63,769 nucleotides of DNA, filler included, from Nemertoderma westbladi (GCA_032718475.1; 3 parts of 3 records of this genome joined end to end with filler, not necessarily neighbours in it); one strand, 5' to 3'; shown: positions 25,421-38,626, counted from the first letter of the whole stretch. Numbers and translations: made by a program. Notes: generated by a model from the letters alone, not told the origin.

Positions 25421-26859
25421 GTGAGTTTCATACATTAGTAGGTAACTTTATACCCGAAATCATCTATCTAACTTTATTTATCTCAAGACTTGTAGTCCTA
25501 GACACCGGATGAATTTGTTCCGCAAATAAAAATATTCAGAAATATAACTTAATAACTTAGCTTAATAATAATAAACTGATGAATAAACTACTCATTTGAA
25601 TGTATCCAAAGTATCCATTACACGTGCGGAAACGGACTGATAAAGTCACGTTTTCTATTTAGGAGGAAGGCCGCATTTCGGAACCTACAGTAGCAGCACT
25701 AATTGTAGCAGTACGTAGAGTCTCTCAGCTGCACCAGCAAATCGCTAGAACGTTTTCAAATTGGCGACAAGATGCTAAGTGCAGGTAGGTTCCGCTGCCT
25801 GTAACTAAATCGAAAACAGGGCATAAAGCGTTCCGGTGGTGGCAGATCCGACCACCATAACTGCATTGAATGAGGTAAGGCATACAATAGTGGAAGATAA
25901 TGATTTGGATAAATTATAGCTGGTTGCTTCACCTACTTCTAAGTCTCACCTTAATTAGGGATGTATTTTATATTTCATGTTATATAACTGATAGTGGCAG
26001 TAGTGGCTAAATGGAAAATAAATAGGAGAAACATGAGTTACTTCGTGATGAATTAGAAATGGTAAAAGGAAATTGAAAGAAATGGAATTTGAACATTTGA
26101 ACATTTTCCATTTCGCCGGCCCGATAGACAATGACTATCGCGCAAGCGCTCGTGAAATAAACATCAAAATTACAAACCACCTCCCTCAGCGTATATTGTG
26201 AACGGCGAGAATGAATGGCTATTTGGATGTCTTGCATGATTAACATGGATCCGCACATAAAACTAAACAAAAAAATAGTTTGACCAAATAACTATTAGAT
26301 TTAAAAACTCAGAACCACATTGCAGGAAATATATAGTCATTGGGGGTATAAAAAACAATTTTCCTTTTTTGTCAATAAAATTGTTAATATTCCATGGATT
26401 TAAATGATTTTGGTATTGTCTGAAAGCTAATCAAAAATGTAATTTAATGATCATCAAACAATATCACCTAACATATATTTAAAGAAATTATGGTCAAAAA
26501 AATAGGGTAAAACAAAAACAAGTGTGGGTAAATAACAAACAGTTTCAAGTGTAGAATCATCGGAGCTCAGTAGTAGTCCTACCTAACTGCCTAATCTGAT
26601 GCCTCTGTTATAATTCACGCAACAACCGAAGGATACTGCCGGATATCTGACATTGATTTCGGTGATTGAGGCGGATAGAAACTACTCTGTGTTGAATATG
26701 TTGAATGGAAATTCGATCTACTACTATAATCAGCTTACTGCATTGAAGCTGCATATGGAGATGTATGTGCTGGCTTAACAATAATATTTTTGCAAATGCA
26801 GTGTGCATAAATAATGTTAATCTCTATAAGATAATCTCTATCACCCTTGACATTTGCGA

Positions 26860-27080
26860 GATTGTCCGCATCTTCAAGTGTCCTTTAAAAGGCGTCTCAA
26901 GAAAGTCATGGGCTGACATAACCATGCTTATTTTCTCCATGGGGTTGCCAAAGCACAAGATTGAGCACAAGCTGGTCCTCACGGCGAAAGCAATGTCCTG
27001 TAAAGCGGAGTCTGCTTTATTCGAGTGTCAAACTTGGGGGAACCAAAGAGACACATCCATTGTTATATAGTGTCTGCTTG
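26860..27080 (-). mobile_element. Decayed 3' fragment of the RTE-like LINE
   Basis: GTCTCAAGAAAGTCATGGGCTG and CTGGTCCTCACGGCGAAAGCAATGTCCTG match 54190-54380. Confidence 0.8.
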
Positions 27081-28930
27081 GAGATGTGTATCATGTACGA
27101 ATCACGCAGACTGTTATCAGTTTTAGATCGTGTACCCCACCCTCGTATATAAGGTATTCACAGATTATTATACTTTTAGCTACCTCACGCATGTTGAGTT
27201 CAGTCTTGTATTCCTCAACAGCAGCCCGTATTGACTATACACTTCATATCAATTGTTTATTTAAATATCTACGTGGCATATTGGTTGTTAGATTTCCTCA
27301 AGAAATATGCCTACAAATATAGGCCTATCCCAGTAAGAGATGCCGGTCCCGTCAGTGTGAAACGATAGGAAGCACCCTGTTCTTTTTTACCCCACGGCCT
27401 ACACTTTAGGTGGGTACAAATTAAACACGCAATGCAGTATTGAGCGAACTGTTTGGAATGATACAATGAGACCATTTGTGTTGGAAAGAGCATTGCCACT
27501 TTAGTGTTCAGGGAATTGAGACACTACGATGAATTCGAAGCAACCAATTGAATTCATGCTTGGGAAATACTGTGGTTGGAACCCTCCATCAACTAAAATT
27601 ATAGCAACACTGTCGTTGTTGTCTATGCAGAGGAGAGGCTGGTATTTACCACCTCAATAGATGTCCAAGGAATTCAAAATCCCTCACCTATTGGGTCAAT
27701 TTGGATGTCCGATACTAATAACTCGGACCTTTTATATATAAATACGTTTTAAATTATTTATTTTAACATTATGTACCATATATAAATATATAAATATATA
27801 ACTATATAATATATAAATATATAAATATATAATATATAAAATCAAAATATTATTTTGATTTTATAAATTATTGCAATTTGTGCGTGCATGGTGCCTATTT
27901 CTGGCTTAATTCGAATTAAAAAATAATAATAGCAACTTTCAATCAGCTGGTTAACAACGTTATATTGTAGGCTGAGGTGATTTGATTGGATAATGGCTAA
28001 GCCAATAAAAACGCTCTTTCAAATGGTAATAATATCACTTACTCACGTTTAAGTGAACTCAGTTATGCCATGTTTTTTTATACCCCACAAAGCATTCTGC
28101 TTTTCTTTTTACCCCCAATGACTATATTGAAATATTGTTTCAGAATTAGCTGATCCCATGTCAAGTCAATATGGTACACTGCGTTTTTATAAAGGAACAA
28201 GAGTTATTAAATAAAGTAGAGAATTAGTCCATTAGTTATTATTAATGTACAACTAACAACCAATGTGAAGTTTACCAGAATTTCTGCGGTTTTATCTCAT
28301 TTTGCAGTTTACCACCATGTTAAGAATGCCAGGCTTTCACAAAAACCAGGTTACAGAATGGCTGAATTTAATCAAAACAATAAACGAATTTGTATCTGCA
28401 CAGGTTATAAGATAGAAATAAGCACTATTAAACACTTACAAATTCAACATATATACGATTCCACTAAAATTTCAACCGATAAGTGACAACCAGGTATTCT
28501 TCACAAGGGCCGCACAAAATACAACTTACTACTTTCAAATTTTTCTCTACCAGTACTAAATTATATGAAACTCATTAATATGCTAAAATGTTAAACCTGG
28601 GCGTTTATGATGTGTTGACACAGGCGAGCTGATATTAATTGCCTACATTATACTTTATCGCCACAGTCCATTAGCATGCTGAATAAACCCACATATACAC
28701 TATACAGTCCATATGTCTAGGCCTATTGTGACTGACAATAAACTATAATAAAATTATGTATGTCGACTGTGATACCATGTCAGCGAGGCACTGTTTGTGT
28801 GAGAGTTTTAACATAAACAATGTTCCTTCTTGAATTACGTTTTTCTGACATAGCTAGTGGATTTTACAAGTATGGTATTCCATCAATATAGTGGATGGTA
28901 TGTTTATTCCTGACCGTATTCCTACCATAA

Positions 28931-31882
28931 TTAAACAAGTAATCTTTCAGTTTCTTCTTCTTCATTTGATCTTACAATGCCACCTTGTATGGGGGCGTAA
29001 ATTTCTCGACCACAACACGTATAGGATGATATCAACGCAATGGCGACCGAGGCAATGATTACATTGAATACACAGAAGACTGTAGAAGAGAGAGGGAACT
29101 TCATGTATTGATCCATCGGTCCAGCAATTAATGGCCCTACAAATAGACCACATGCTCCCGCACTTGCGCCAAGTGACATTATAACTGTATTGGTTTCAAC
29201 ATTCTGCGGCCATTGAAGGCGTTTATTTGCGATTTTCATTAGTGTCTCAAATAAAGGAGTTAAGGTGAATGAGATTCCACAACCTAGCAGCGTCGTCCCA
29301 GATATGACAATACCAATGTGTGTTGGAAGAGGGAGTAAGGGAGATGGTCCCATCAGTAAAAATCCACATATAATTGAAATTTGCCCCAGAACTAATATAT
29401 ACATGGTGTTGAAATTTCGATACTTATTCATAATGATGCCCAAGCACAGCCCAGAAAGAACATTAAACAGCGGGGCTACAAGAAATATCGTGCCAACCTG
29501 GGCCGGAGATATACCAAACTGAGTTAGGTGAATTGCAAAAGTGGTCTCATAAAATCCAGCACTCATCGCTTCAATGAATGACATTATCGCTGAGACAAGG
29601 GCAAATTTATCTTTCAGTAAGTCCAATATGGTTTTGTCTGTGATAACTTTGCTAGTTCTTACACTGGGAAGCGATACTATATTTATCATTGCAATGGTTA
29701 CTTCGATGGTGCCAAGGGTAATGAACGGGGTTACAAAGTTGGTGTATTGGTATAGGATTCCTCCAATCGCTGGTCCACACATAGTCCCTCCCATGAATGC
29801 GTTGAGGATTGCCGAATACACAAGAATCCGCTTATCCTATAAACATATAGAATAATAATAAAATAGTATATTAAATATCAAAGATTGTATTGATCAAGCA
29901 AGAAACAAAAAATCATTTATAAATGGAAGAATCTTTTAAGCTCATTAAGCTAATGAATGATCACCACCATCTCCCACCCTACCACTCTGTCCCTCCACTT
30001 TGTTATTTATCGATCACTAAAGTATGAAAGCCTGGATTGGTCTAGGATGCAGCATAAGCACTGTGCACAAACAGTGCTGCTCCATCTATTTGGATCAAAC
30101 AAGCCCTCCTGATTGATTGTAAGAACGTGAATGTCACCAATACGTAGAGCTAGAGGCTAGATAGACGTATCAGCAGCAACCGATAGGCGGCTGATTGCAA
30201 GGTACCCACCACGGCGCATCTACCCCGTGGGAATGGTGGGTATCTCGCACCCTCTAGGGCGAGTAGCGTGGATGGGGGGGGGGGGGGGGGGGGGGGGATA
30301 ATAAAGATGGGTAATGTTAACAACACCCCAACTGGCGGATAGAAGACAAGGCAATCAATACAATAATTTTGACAGTTAACATCGACAGTCCTCAGGTTAT
30401 GGTCTGATCGTATGAGCTATATGGATGGTGTGTTTGATCAATGAGCATGTGGTTGACTTATGCTACAGCTTCATGCATGGTTACTGAAGAGGAGGGGTTA
30501 AGACTTTAGCATACTTAAGGGTAAAGCATGGACGGACAGCTCTCAATAGTCTGTCCAGGATTTGGAAGTCCCATAGAATAAATATATTATTGGTGTTTTG
30601 TGTGAATGAGTAGTGGTTTCATATTATTTAAACTTTTCGTTGGGCACACCTTTTGCAAAGTCGGCAATTAAGTCCACTGCACATGATGCCACTGCAACCC
30701 TACCGTACTTGGCCGTCTTTAACCACTCGTTACAATGAAAGGTTGGTGTATATTAACCATGAACCATCACAGTCACAATGATTAATTATACACTCTAGCT
30801 ACAAATTTAGGTAGGACAGTTACACCCATAGAGAATTGCGACCGATATATTTTTATAATTTATTATTGGTGTTATGGGTGAATGAATGGTTTCATATTAT
30901 TATAACTTTTTGTTGGGCTCAGCTTTTGCAAATCCGGCAATGAGGTCTAGGTGGGATCGAACTGGTGACCTCCGGGTTTGGCTTCTCCTGGACGTTATTG
31001 CCGACTTTGCAAAAGGTGTGCCCAACAAAAAGTTATTGAATAAATAGGAATCACAAGGTTGGATTATTTAGAGCAGCAGTAGTACCAGTCCTCCTATGGT
31101 GGTCTATCCTTGGCTCCCTGTAGTGGCGACACCAAACGTCTGGATATCACATCCACAAGAATAACTGCGATATCGGGGTTCATTATGTCAAGTACAATGA
31201 ACACCATATACAGTTGTAGTGTACATATGTAGTAGACATTGATGAACTATTACCGTAAAGGTGAAACATTTTTTGTTTTTAAGTGAGATATTTTTTAGCC
31301 TACGTACCTTTACAGTAATTAATGTTATATTAGCTTTTTTTGCAGCTTTTTATAAGGAATTCTCAAATTCATATTGAAGCAATGGATGTCTAGGAATATT
31401 TATAATTTAAAAAATTATCAGAAACATGCAGCGGGAAACAAACCTTAACTGAATTCATCATTATTGTAGATGTTTAATAATATTAACCGGTACACTTGGT
31501 ATGTGGTGTGTGTACCGGTACCATAGGCTTACACTTACTTTATATAGATGTGAACCGAAGCTGTACATGGATAAAATAGCTCCACCGAGGGCAAATGATT
31601 CTATTATGCGACAACAAAAACACAAGGCAATGTAAACTGGACCATTAGGCCCGTAATCCAATAGTCCAAACAGCGCTATAGAGGCTCCCGATAATATGTA
31701 GCCAGATATGAGGACAAACTTGACGCCGATTTTAGGAATAGCATTACCAAGTAGAATGTAGGAGAGGCATCGTATACCTGCATAAACCCCGAAAAGAACG
31801 CCTATAAGCGATTCATCGAAACCTCGAGTTACAGCTCGTGTTGTGAAGAATGCGGCTGGTAGGGAGAAGCAGATGCCACCCA
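28931..31882 (-). CDS. SLC18B1: MFS transporter, SLC18B1-like (exons 31539-31882 and 28931-29836; 5' exon(s) missing, probably in the gap)
   Basis: Many hydrophobic TM segments; motifs IPKIGVKF, FGLLD, GPAIGGILY, GPSPLLP and GPLIAG. The phase-0 junction HLYK|DKRIL is in frame. Confidence 0.75.
30450..31200. mobile_element. Decayed LINE fragment interrupted by SINE fragments (intronic)
   Basis: 30520-30580 and 31055-31110 match consecutive stretches of the LINE at 54480-54610. Between them, TTTTGCAAAGTCGGCAAT and TAGGTGGGATCGAACTGG match the SINE at 47.8 kb. Confidence 0.6.
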
Positions 31883-31966
31883 CTGAAACTTTGAATAACT
31901 AATAATATTATATTCACCAAAGGATTGCCAATACATCTTTTAATAAAATTCTTAGAGTCTTTAGGT

Positions 31967-32066
31967 NNNNNNNNNNNNNNNNNNNNNNNNNNNNNNNNNN
32001 NNNNNNNNNNTTAATTAATTAANNNNNNNNNNNNNNNNNNNNNNNNNNNNNNNNNNNNNNNNNNNN
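31967..32066. other. Artificial scaffold spacer
   Basis: 44 N + TTAATTAATTAA + 44 N. Confidence 0.97.
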
Positions 32067-35000
32067 CAAGCCGGTTGACAGACCTTGTGTGGTCACTAGT
32101 TAGATCACACCGGGTGACGTCATACTGCTAGGTGTAAGACCGGTCCCCCGGTGAGCAGGGATCAGACTATCTGATTACCTGGCTCTGCACACTTGCGGAG
32201 CTGTATCACCCTTACCCTGACTGCTGGATAGCAGACCTGCTCTGTTACCCTGATACTGCTTATGTGTATGACCGTATTGCTACTGTAGCCATTTACCTAT
32301 GTTATATGTAACATTATTACCCGGTATCAGTTATACGTTAATACACCAGTTACCTACGTGTCCGCGACACTTGTTCCTTTTACCCTCTGGCGTGGTGGCA
32401 ACGTTTCGGAGTTCGATTCTCACTCCTCAGCCTGTCAACAGCAAGTCAGAGTCGCTACACGTTCTCTTCACCAGGCGACCCGGGGTCAGAGCTCCCTCTG
32501 TCGCCTTCCTGCTATCCAGTCAGCCATTACCAGATTACCGGTACCTACTGGCGATCCACCCACCAGTTAGGCTACTACTTACCTAACCGGTACTGCGGAC
32601 TCACGCAGTACCCAACCCGATCCACCATTCACCATGGCGAATCAACACCTAAAGGCTCCACGCTTAGTTAAACTCACTACTCAGGAATCCATCACGTCAT
32701 TCGAGTCCTGGCGCCAGACGTTGATTTATAGTCTGTCCCTCGACCCAGAGTTCGCGCGGTTTACCGCCGCTGGCGCAGTATGGGAGAAGGCTTCCCCTGC
32801 GAGTCCGACCCGGGGTCTCGTCGACGACGCCGCCGGTGTTCCGGACGCCCAACGACGTACCGCGCAGCAACAACTCGTCTCCCTCGAGTTCATGCTGGGC
32901 CAAATCGCCAATTACGCGCAGGTTATCGCGCGTAACACCATCGTACTAAAATCTACATCTCTTTCATACGTCTGGCAAGCCCTCCAATTACATTACGGTT
33001 TTCAACGGACAGGCTCCCACTTCCTAGATCTCTCCACCATCCACCTCGAACACGAGGAACGCCATGAAGACCTTTTCCAACGTCTCGCAGCGTTCTTCGA
33101 TGACAACCTCCTCTCACCCCTCGGGGGCATTACCCACCACGGCGAGCTCCCCGCCGCCGCCGAGGAGATATCCCCCACGGTGGAGAACTTCCTCGTGTTG
33201 ACTTGGTTACGTCTCATCCACGAGGACTTAGCGGCGTTGGTTAAACAACGGTATGGCTGCGAACTTCGTTCCCGCACCTTGGCTTCCGTCAAGGCCGAGA
33301 TCAGCCAGGCTATGCCGTCCCTCTTGGAGGAGCTCCGCGTGTCAGCCGACGTGCGCACGTTCCGCTCCCAGATGACGGAGGTCGCCCCGCGCCACCCGAA
33401 CCGTGCGCGCCAGCTGGACCGCCGTAGTTTACAACACCGCACACGACCTGCCCGGATTTGCCCCCTGTGCAAGCAGGCGCAACGCAAGGAGTTCGACCAC
33501 TTCCTCAGTACCTGCCCGTTCCTCCCCGATCAGGATAAACAGTTCCTCGTCCGGACTCGCGCCGTCGATATCGCCGATTCCGCCAGTTCCAATGACGAGT
33601 TCGAGCCCCCCGATGATTCCCCAATGAGTTACAACCAACCACCAGCAGCCCACCGAGTCGCTGTGATGCGTTCCCCCGTCTTAGAAGCCGATTATCAGTC
33701 CCGTCCACTTCGATTGCTACTCGACAGTGGCGCAGAATCCGATCTCATCCGGGAGGCGTTCGCCCGCCAGCTGGGCGTCCATATCTCACCGAGTAGTTGC
33801 CAGGTTCCCGAACAGGCCGATGGACAGTCTAAGATGAAGGTTACCGGCGAAACGCGTTTTGTCGTCCACCGTGGCTCGACCCCCTTCGAGTTTAACGGTC
33901 TCGTCGTCCCGGAGCTCGGATGTCCCATCATTTGTGGAATGCCGTTCCTATACCGCAATGATATAACGCTACGTCCCGCCCATATGACAATTACCCTGCC
34001 GGACGGCACCACAATACCCTTCGGAGGCCAGCACTCAACCTCCACGCGCCCGCGAAGACCCGAGTCCACACTGATACGCGCAGCTACCCGGTCCGTCGTA
34101 GTCTGGCCAGACGCGGATCTCACTCTACCGGTAGCGAGTTCCGTGCCCCTCTTACTGGCACCCCACCATCCAACTACGTCTCCGAATGAGCCCTGGTTCC
34201 AACCGTTCCTTGCCGACGTGCGCGACGGTTCCGTCGCCATCCGCAACGCCACCCAGATCCCCATCAGGGTCAAACGGAACTCTCACGTTTGCTTGGCAAC
34301 ACCCATCCAACCAGCGGCAATACCGACCGCTGCCGTTGACACAATCCCACTGCCTACATCGCGCTCTATCCGTCGCCCCAACCCCCGTTCCGTCGACGGC
34401 GTACGCTTAGACCCCGACAACATCCTCACCAGCGCTGAACGCCGACAGTTTTCCGACGTCCTCGCCGCGCACTCCACGGTATTCGAAGCCGAGTACCCCG
34501 GATACAACGGCGCCGCGGGCCCCTACGAAGCCGTTGTCAACATGGGACCAACTCTACCCCCTCAACAGAAAGGACGCGTACCCCAATACGGCCGCAACCG
34601 CCTCGTCGAGTTGCAGGACCGGTTCGACGAACTCGAACAACGCGGTGTCTTCGCTACACCCGAACACGCAGGGGTACATGTGGAGTACCTCAGTCCCTCC
34701 TTCCTCGTAGCCAAACCCAACGGAGGAACTCGCCTCGTTACAGCCTTTAACGAGATTGCCCGGTATGCTAAACCCCAGCCATCACTCCTCCCTAGTGTCG
34801 AGTCTACCCTGCGCGAAATCGGCTCCTATAAGTTCCTCATCAAAACCGATTTAACGAGTGCGTTCTACCAGATCCCCATTAGTCGCAACTCCATGAAGTT
34901 CTGCGGCGTTGTTACACCGTTCCGCGGCGTACGAGTCTATACCCGCTGCGCCATGGGTATGCCCGGATCCGAGACCGCATTGGAAGAACTGATGTGCCGT

Positions 35001-38000
35001 GTCCTTGGGGAACATATCAAGCAGGGCACCGTCAGTAAACTCGCAGATGATTTGTATTGTGGCGGCAACACGATATCCGAATTAGCTGCAAATTTTAATG
35101 CGCTACTCACAGCCCTCGCACGCTCTTCCTTACGTTTATCCCCCAAGAAGACCGTCATTTGCCCGCATTCCACTACCATTCTTGGCTGGCAATGGACTGC
35201 TGGCTCCCTTACCGCGTCGTCTCATGTCGTTTCAGCCCTCGCAACCTGCGATAAACCTGACACTGTCCGGTCCCTCCGTTCCTTCCTGGGATCGTATAAA
35301 GTCCTCGCGCGCGTTCTCCCCCATTGCGCAGCACTTCTTTGCGACCTCGACGAACTCGCAGTTGGCGCTTCCGCCGATATCGTTCAGTGGACGGATCCTT
35401 CGACTTGTGCATTCCGGCGCGCTCAGGCCGCCTTGAAAACATGCCGTACTGTGGTTCTCCCACGGCCCTCCGACGAGCTGTTCATCGTCACCGACGCCGC
35501 CTCCAGCGTCGATGGACTCGGCGCTGTCTTATATATCCGCCGCGAGTCGAAACTCCTCGTCGCCGGGTTCTACTCCTCGAAGTTGCGAACCCATCAACGT
35601 ACGTGGCTTCCTTGCGAATTGGAAGCACTCGCCATTGCCGCAGCTGTTCATCACTTCGCTCCCTATATCACTCACGCTACTACCCGCACGTCCGTTGTCA
35701 CGGATAGTAAACCCTGCGTCCAGGCGTTCGCTAAACTTACTCGTGGGGCTTACTCCAACAGTCCGAGACTCACTACCTTCCTCGCCACGGTGAGCCAGTT
35801 CTCCCTCCTCGTGGTCCATATCCAGGGTTCGCGCAACCTACCAGCCGACTTCCAAAGTCGCAGTATTCCCGAGTGTGTTAATCCACAGTGCCAGGTCTGC
35901 GACTTCGTTAATCAGCTCGCCGACGAACCCATCATCCGTACGGCGGGTCTCACCAAAGACCCCCCCCCCCCCCCTCCAGCGCGTCCCTTGTACGCCACCC
36001 GTAGTACCTGGCTCGTCACCCAGCAGGAATGCGCATCTATCCGTCGCGCCAAAGCGCACCTCGCACAGGGCACGCGTCCATCCAAGAAGGAAACGACCAT
36101 CCGCGACGTTAAGCGGTACATCGGCTGCGCGTCCGTCGCCATGGACGGACTCCTCGTTGTTCCTCGACACACCGCGTTCTCGACTCCACGGGAAATGATC
36201 GTTGTCCCTCGCCATGCGCTCCCTGGTCTCCTTACGTCACTGCACCTCGAGTTGCAGCACCCGTCGCGTACCCAGCTGCGCGTTACGTTTCTGCGGTACT
36301 TCTACGCCCTCGACATGGAAGAAGCCATCACATCCATCCACTCGCAGTGCGCCCAATGCGCCGCGCTGCGTTCCGCCCCACGGCGATCCATCGAGCAGTC
36401 GTCCGGTGACCCTCCGGCCGCCATCGGAATCGCATTCGCTGCCGATGTCATCCGTCGCCATCGACAGTTCACCCTCATCCTCCGCGAAACCGCCTCGTCG
36501 TACTCCGCTGCCATGTTCCTCTCTGATGAGCAACACACAACGTTGCGGGATGGCCTCCTCACGTTGTGCGTCGGTATGTGCCCCCTTAGCGGCCCCCACG
36601 CAGTCATTCGTACCGATCCCGCACCCGGATTCCGTGCGTTAGTCGGCGACAAAGTTTTATCTGCCCACCATATCCGTATTGAGTTGGGACGCGCCAAAAA
36701 CAAAGACAAAAATCCGGTCGCGGAACACGCCGTCCGCGAATTAGAAGATGAACTCCTTAAACTCCATCCGTCCGGGGGACCCTACTCCGCTGTGTCTCTC
36801 GCCCTTGCCATCGCCTGGTTAAATGCGCGTATCCGGTCGAGCGGCGTATCCGCCCGAGAAATCCTGCTCCAACGCGATCAGTTTACTGGCGCTCAACTCC
36901 CCCTCATTGACTCTGAGCTTATCGACCAGCAACATCGCCGTCGTTTGGCCAATCATCCCCATAGTGCACAGTCCAAAAATCCGCATCCCAGTCGCTCCGC
37001 TAGAGATACTCCGTTAGAAGTAGGAGATATCGTCTACCTCCACGCCGATTCGCCGCAACTACAGGGCCGACCCCGGTACATTGTAGCGACAACGGACCAA
37101 TCCTGGGTAAGTGTCCGGAAGTTCGTCGGTCGCCAACTGCGTTCGCAGGCATATCGGGTTCCGCGGTCCGAATGTTACCGCGTACCCTACCGCGATACCT
37201 CGGTACCTGCAGTCGACGAACCCTCGTCCAACGACGATGACGAGGGGTCTGCGGGTCTACCTCCCCCGCGACCAGCCGACACCGAACCGCCGGGTGAGCG
37301 ACATTACCAGGCCTCTCCTCTGGTACCTTCTGTGCGTCCAACTACACCCCCTCCGGCACCAGCGCGCGCCCCGTCACCCTCTTCTTCCCTAGACGAGGTG
37401 TTCCTCGGGTTCGACGATGTGGACAACGTTCCTCCACACACCCGGCGTCCTCAGCGTCATACGCGCCCACCAGACTACTATGGGTTTCCCCTACCATGAT
37501 TACACCACAATACTAAAGTTTTCCTATGTGTTTATGGTACCCCGTGCGTTACAGCGGCCATTACTATTGGTCCTTAGTTTGTTTGCATTATTTGCATCCC
37601 TTTAGTATAGTCCTTGTTTTGCCAGTCTGTTACAATCCGCTTTAAACTCGTCGTAGTATTTGAGAAACTGACTGACCTTGTCCGTACGAAACTGAAAATA
37701 ATTTAGTTAGACGTCTTCATGCGTTGTTCATTCTATTTGTAGTATTATTAGTAGGAAAGCCGATCGGTGGTTAAATGTCCTTATTTAATTGTGCATACAG
37801 TTGTAGTATAAAACGTACCATACCTATTCGCGAGAAACTGAAAGTAAGTTAGGTAGGCCTTATCATTAGTCAATGCCGGCACCCTTTTTATATTTGCAAT
37901 TCATAAAAGGGCAGAACTATCTATCGAAAGGTAAAGTAGAAAGAAAGAAAAAAAGGGATCACGCCAGCCAACCGTCAAGCCGGTTGACAGACCTTGTGTG

Positions 38001-38302
38001 GTCACTAGTTAGATCACACCGGGTGACGTCATACTGCTAGGTGTAAGACCGGTCCCCCGGTGAGCAGGGATCAGACTATCTGATTACCTGGCTCCTGCAC
38101 ACTTGCGGAGCTGTATCACCCTTACCCTGACTGCTGGATAGCAGACCTGCTCTGTTACCCTGATACTGCTTATGTGTATGACCGTATTGCTACTGTAGCC
38201 ATTTACCTATGTTATATGTAACATTATTACCCGGTATCAGTTATACGTTAATACACCAGTTACCTACGTGTCCGCGACACTTGTTCCTTTTACCCTCTGG
38301 CG
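32067..38302 (+). mobile_element. Intact Gypsy-like LTR retrotransposon (Troyka-like termini)
   Basis: 5' LTR 32067-32392 (start lost in the gap) and 3' LTR ~37962-38302 are identical by eye except for one 1-bp indel. PBS-like TGGTGGCAACG at 32393; polypurine tract ~37938-37958. Confidence 0.95.
32634..37499 (+). CDS. Gag-Pol polyprotein (1621 aa; Gag-PR-RT-RNaseH-IN order)
   Basis: Zn knuckle CPLC-x9-H-x4-C, protease LLDSGA, RT DLTSAFYQ...MGMP...LADD, RNase H TDA/ELEAL/TDSKP/ADFQSR, integrase HHCC + D,D,E (ADVI, RTDPAPGF, AEHAVRE). Confidence 0.95.
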   Translation: MANQHLKAPRLVKLTTQESITSFESWRQTLIYSLSLDPEFARFTAAGAVWEKASPASPTRGLVDDAAGVPDAQRRTAQQQLVSLEFMLGQIANYAQVIARNTIVLKSTSLSYVWQALQLHYGFQRTGSHFLDLSTIHLEHEERHEDLFQRLAAFFDDNLLSPLGGITHHGELPAAAEEISPTVENFLVLTWLRLIHEDLAALVKQRYGCELRSRTLASVKAEISQAMPSLLEELRVSADVRTFRSQMTEVAPRHPNRARQLDRRSLQHRTRPARICPLCKQAQRKEFDHFLSTCPFLPDQDKQFLVRTRAVDIADSASSNDEFEPPDDSPMSYNQPPAAHRVAVMRSPVLEADYQSRPLRLLLDSGAESDLIREAFARQLGVHISPSSCQVPEQADGQSKMKVTGETRFVVHRGSTPFEFNGLVVPELGCPIICGMPFLYRNDITLRPAHMTITLPDGTTIPFGGQHSTSTRPRRPESTLIRAATRSVVVWPDADLTLPVASSVPLLLAPHHPTTSPNEPWFQPFLADVRDGSVAIRNATQIPIRVKRNSHVCLATPIQPAAIPTAAVDTIPLPTSRSIRRPNPRSVDGVRLDPDNILTSAERRQFSDVLAAHSTVFEAEYPGYNGAAGPYEAVVNMGPTLPPQQKGRVPQYGRNRLVELQDRFDELEQRGVFATPEHAGVHVEYLSPSFLVAKPNGGTRLVTAFNEIARYAKPQPSLLPSVESTLREIGSYKFLIKTDLTSAFYQIPISRNSMKFCGVVTPFRGVRVYTRCAMGMPGSETALEELMCRVLGEHIKQGTVSKLADDLYCGGNTISELAANFNALLTALARSSLRLSPKKTVICPHSTTILGWQWTAGSLTASSHVVSALATCDKPDTVRSLRSFLGSYKVLARVLPHCAALLCDLDELAVGASADIVQWTDPSTCAFRRAQAALKTCRTVVLPRPSDELFIVTDAASSVDGLGAVLYIRRESKLLVAGFYSSKLRTHQRTWLPCELEALAIAAAVHHFAPYITHATTRTSVVTDSKPCVQAFAKLTRGAYSNSPRLTTFLATVSQFSLLVVHIQGSRNLPADFQSRSIPECVNPQCQVCDFVNQLADEPIIRTAGLTKDPPPPPPARPLYATRSTWLVTQQECASIRRAKAHLAQGTRPSKKETTIRDVKRYIGCASVAMDGLLVVPRHTAFSTPREMIVVPRHALPGLLTSLHLELQHPSRTQLRVTFLRYFYALDMEEAITSIHSQCAQCAALRSAPRRSIEQSSGDPPAAIGIAFAADVIRRHRQFTLILRETASSYSAAMFLSDEQHTTLRDGLLTLCVGMCPLSGPHAVIRTDPAPGFRALVGDKVLSAHHIRIELGRAKNKDKNPVAEHAVRELEDELLKLHPSGGPYSAVSLALAIAWLNARIRSSGVSAREILLQRDQFTGAQLPLIDSELIDQQHRRRLANHPHSAQSKNPHPSRSARDTPLEVGDIVYLHADSPQLQGRPRYIVATTDQSWVSVRKFVGRQLRSQAYRVPRSECYRVPYRDTSVPAVDEPSSNDDDEGSAGLPPPRPADTEPPGERHYQASPLVPSVRPTTPPPAPARAPSPSSSLDEVFLGFDDVDNVPPHTRRPQRHTRPPDYYGFPLP

Positions 38303-38626
38303 CTGGTAATACGTACTGGAAGGCCTACAGCTGTAAAGTATTTGCTAGTAAAATACAGTTTTAATTTCTCTCTAATAAAATGAAATAGAAACCAATAAAA
38401 ACAGTTGATTTTATGAACCAAGTTTTAAATGCGTTTTTCTCCGAATATATTTTTTGGCAACAGGAAGGTCCCTTTTCTCGCAATCACCTCCACTCAATAG
38501 TCTATGAATAATGTTAATCCAAATTTATAGATCATCCTCGACTGACTGATAATGTAGGTATTAGCTCTATCTTATGTAACTATCCTAAATATCTATAATA
38601 CATAAAAATCAAATATTTATTTACAG

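Noticed and set aside
32011-32022. TTAATTAATTAA palindrome within N runs (also 53891-53902)
   Set aside because: Identical all-frame stop linker with 44 N on each side; an assembly artefact. Adjacency across it is not reliable.
32697-37605. Numerous short alternative-frame and antisense ORFs in the retrotransposon
   Set aside because: Expected shadows of a GC-rich long ORF; no env-like or other motifs.
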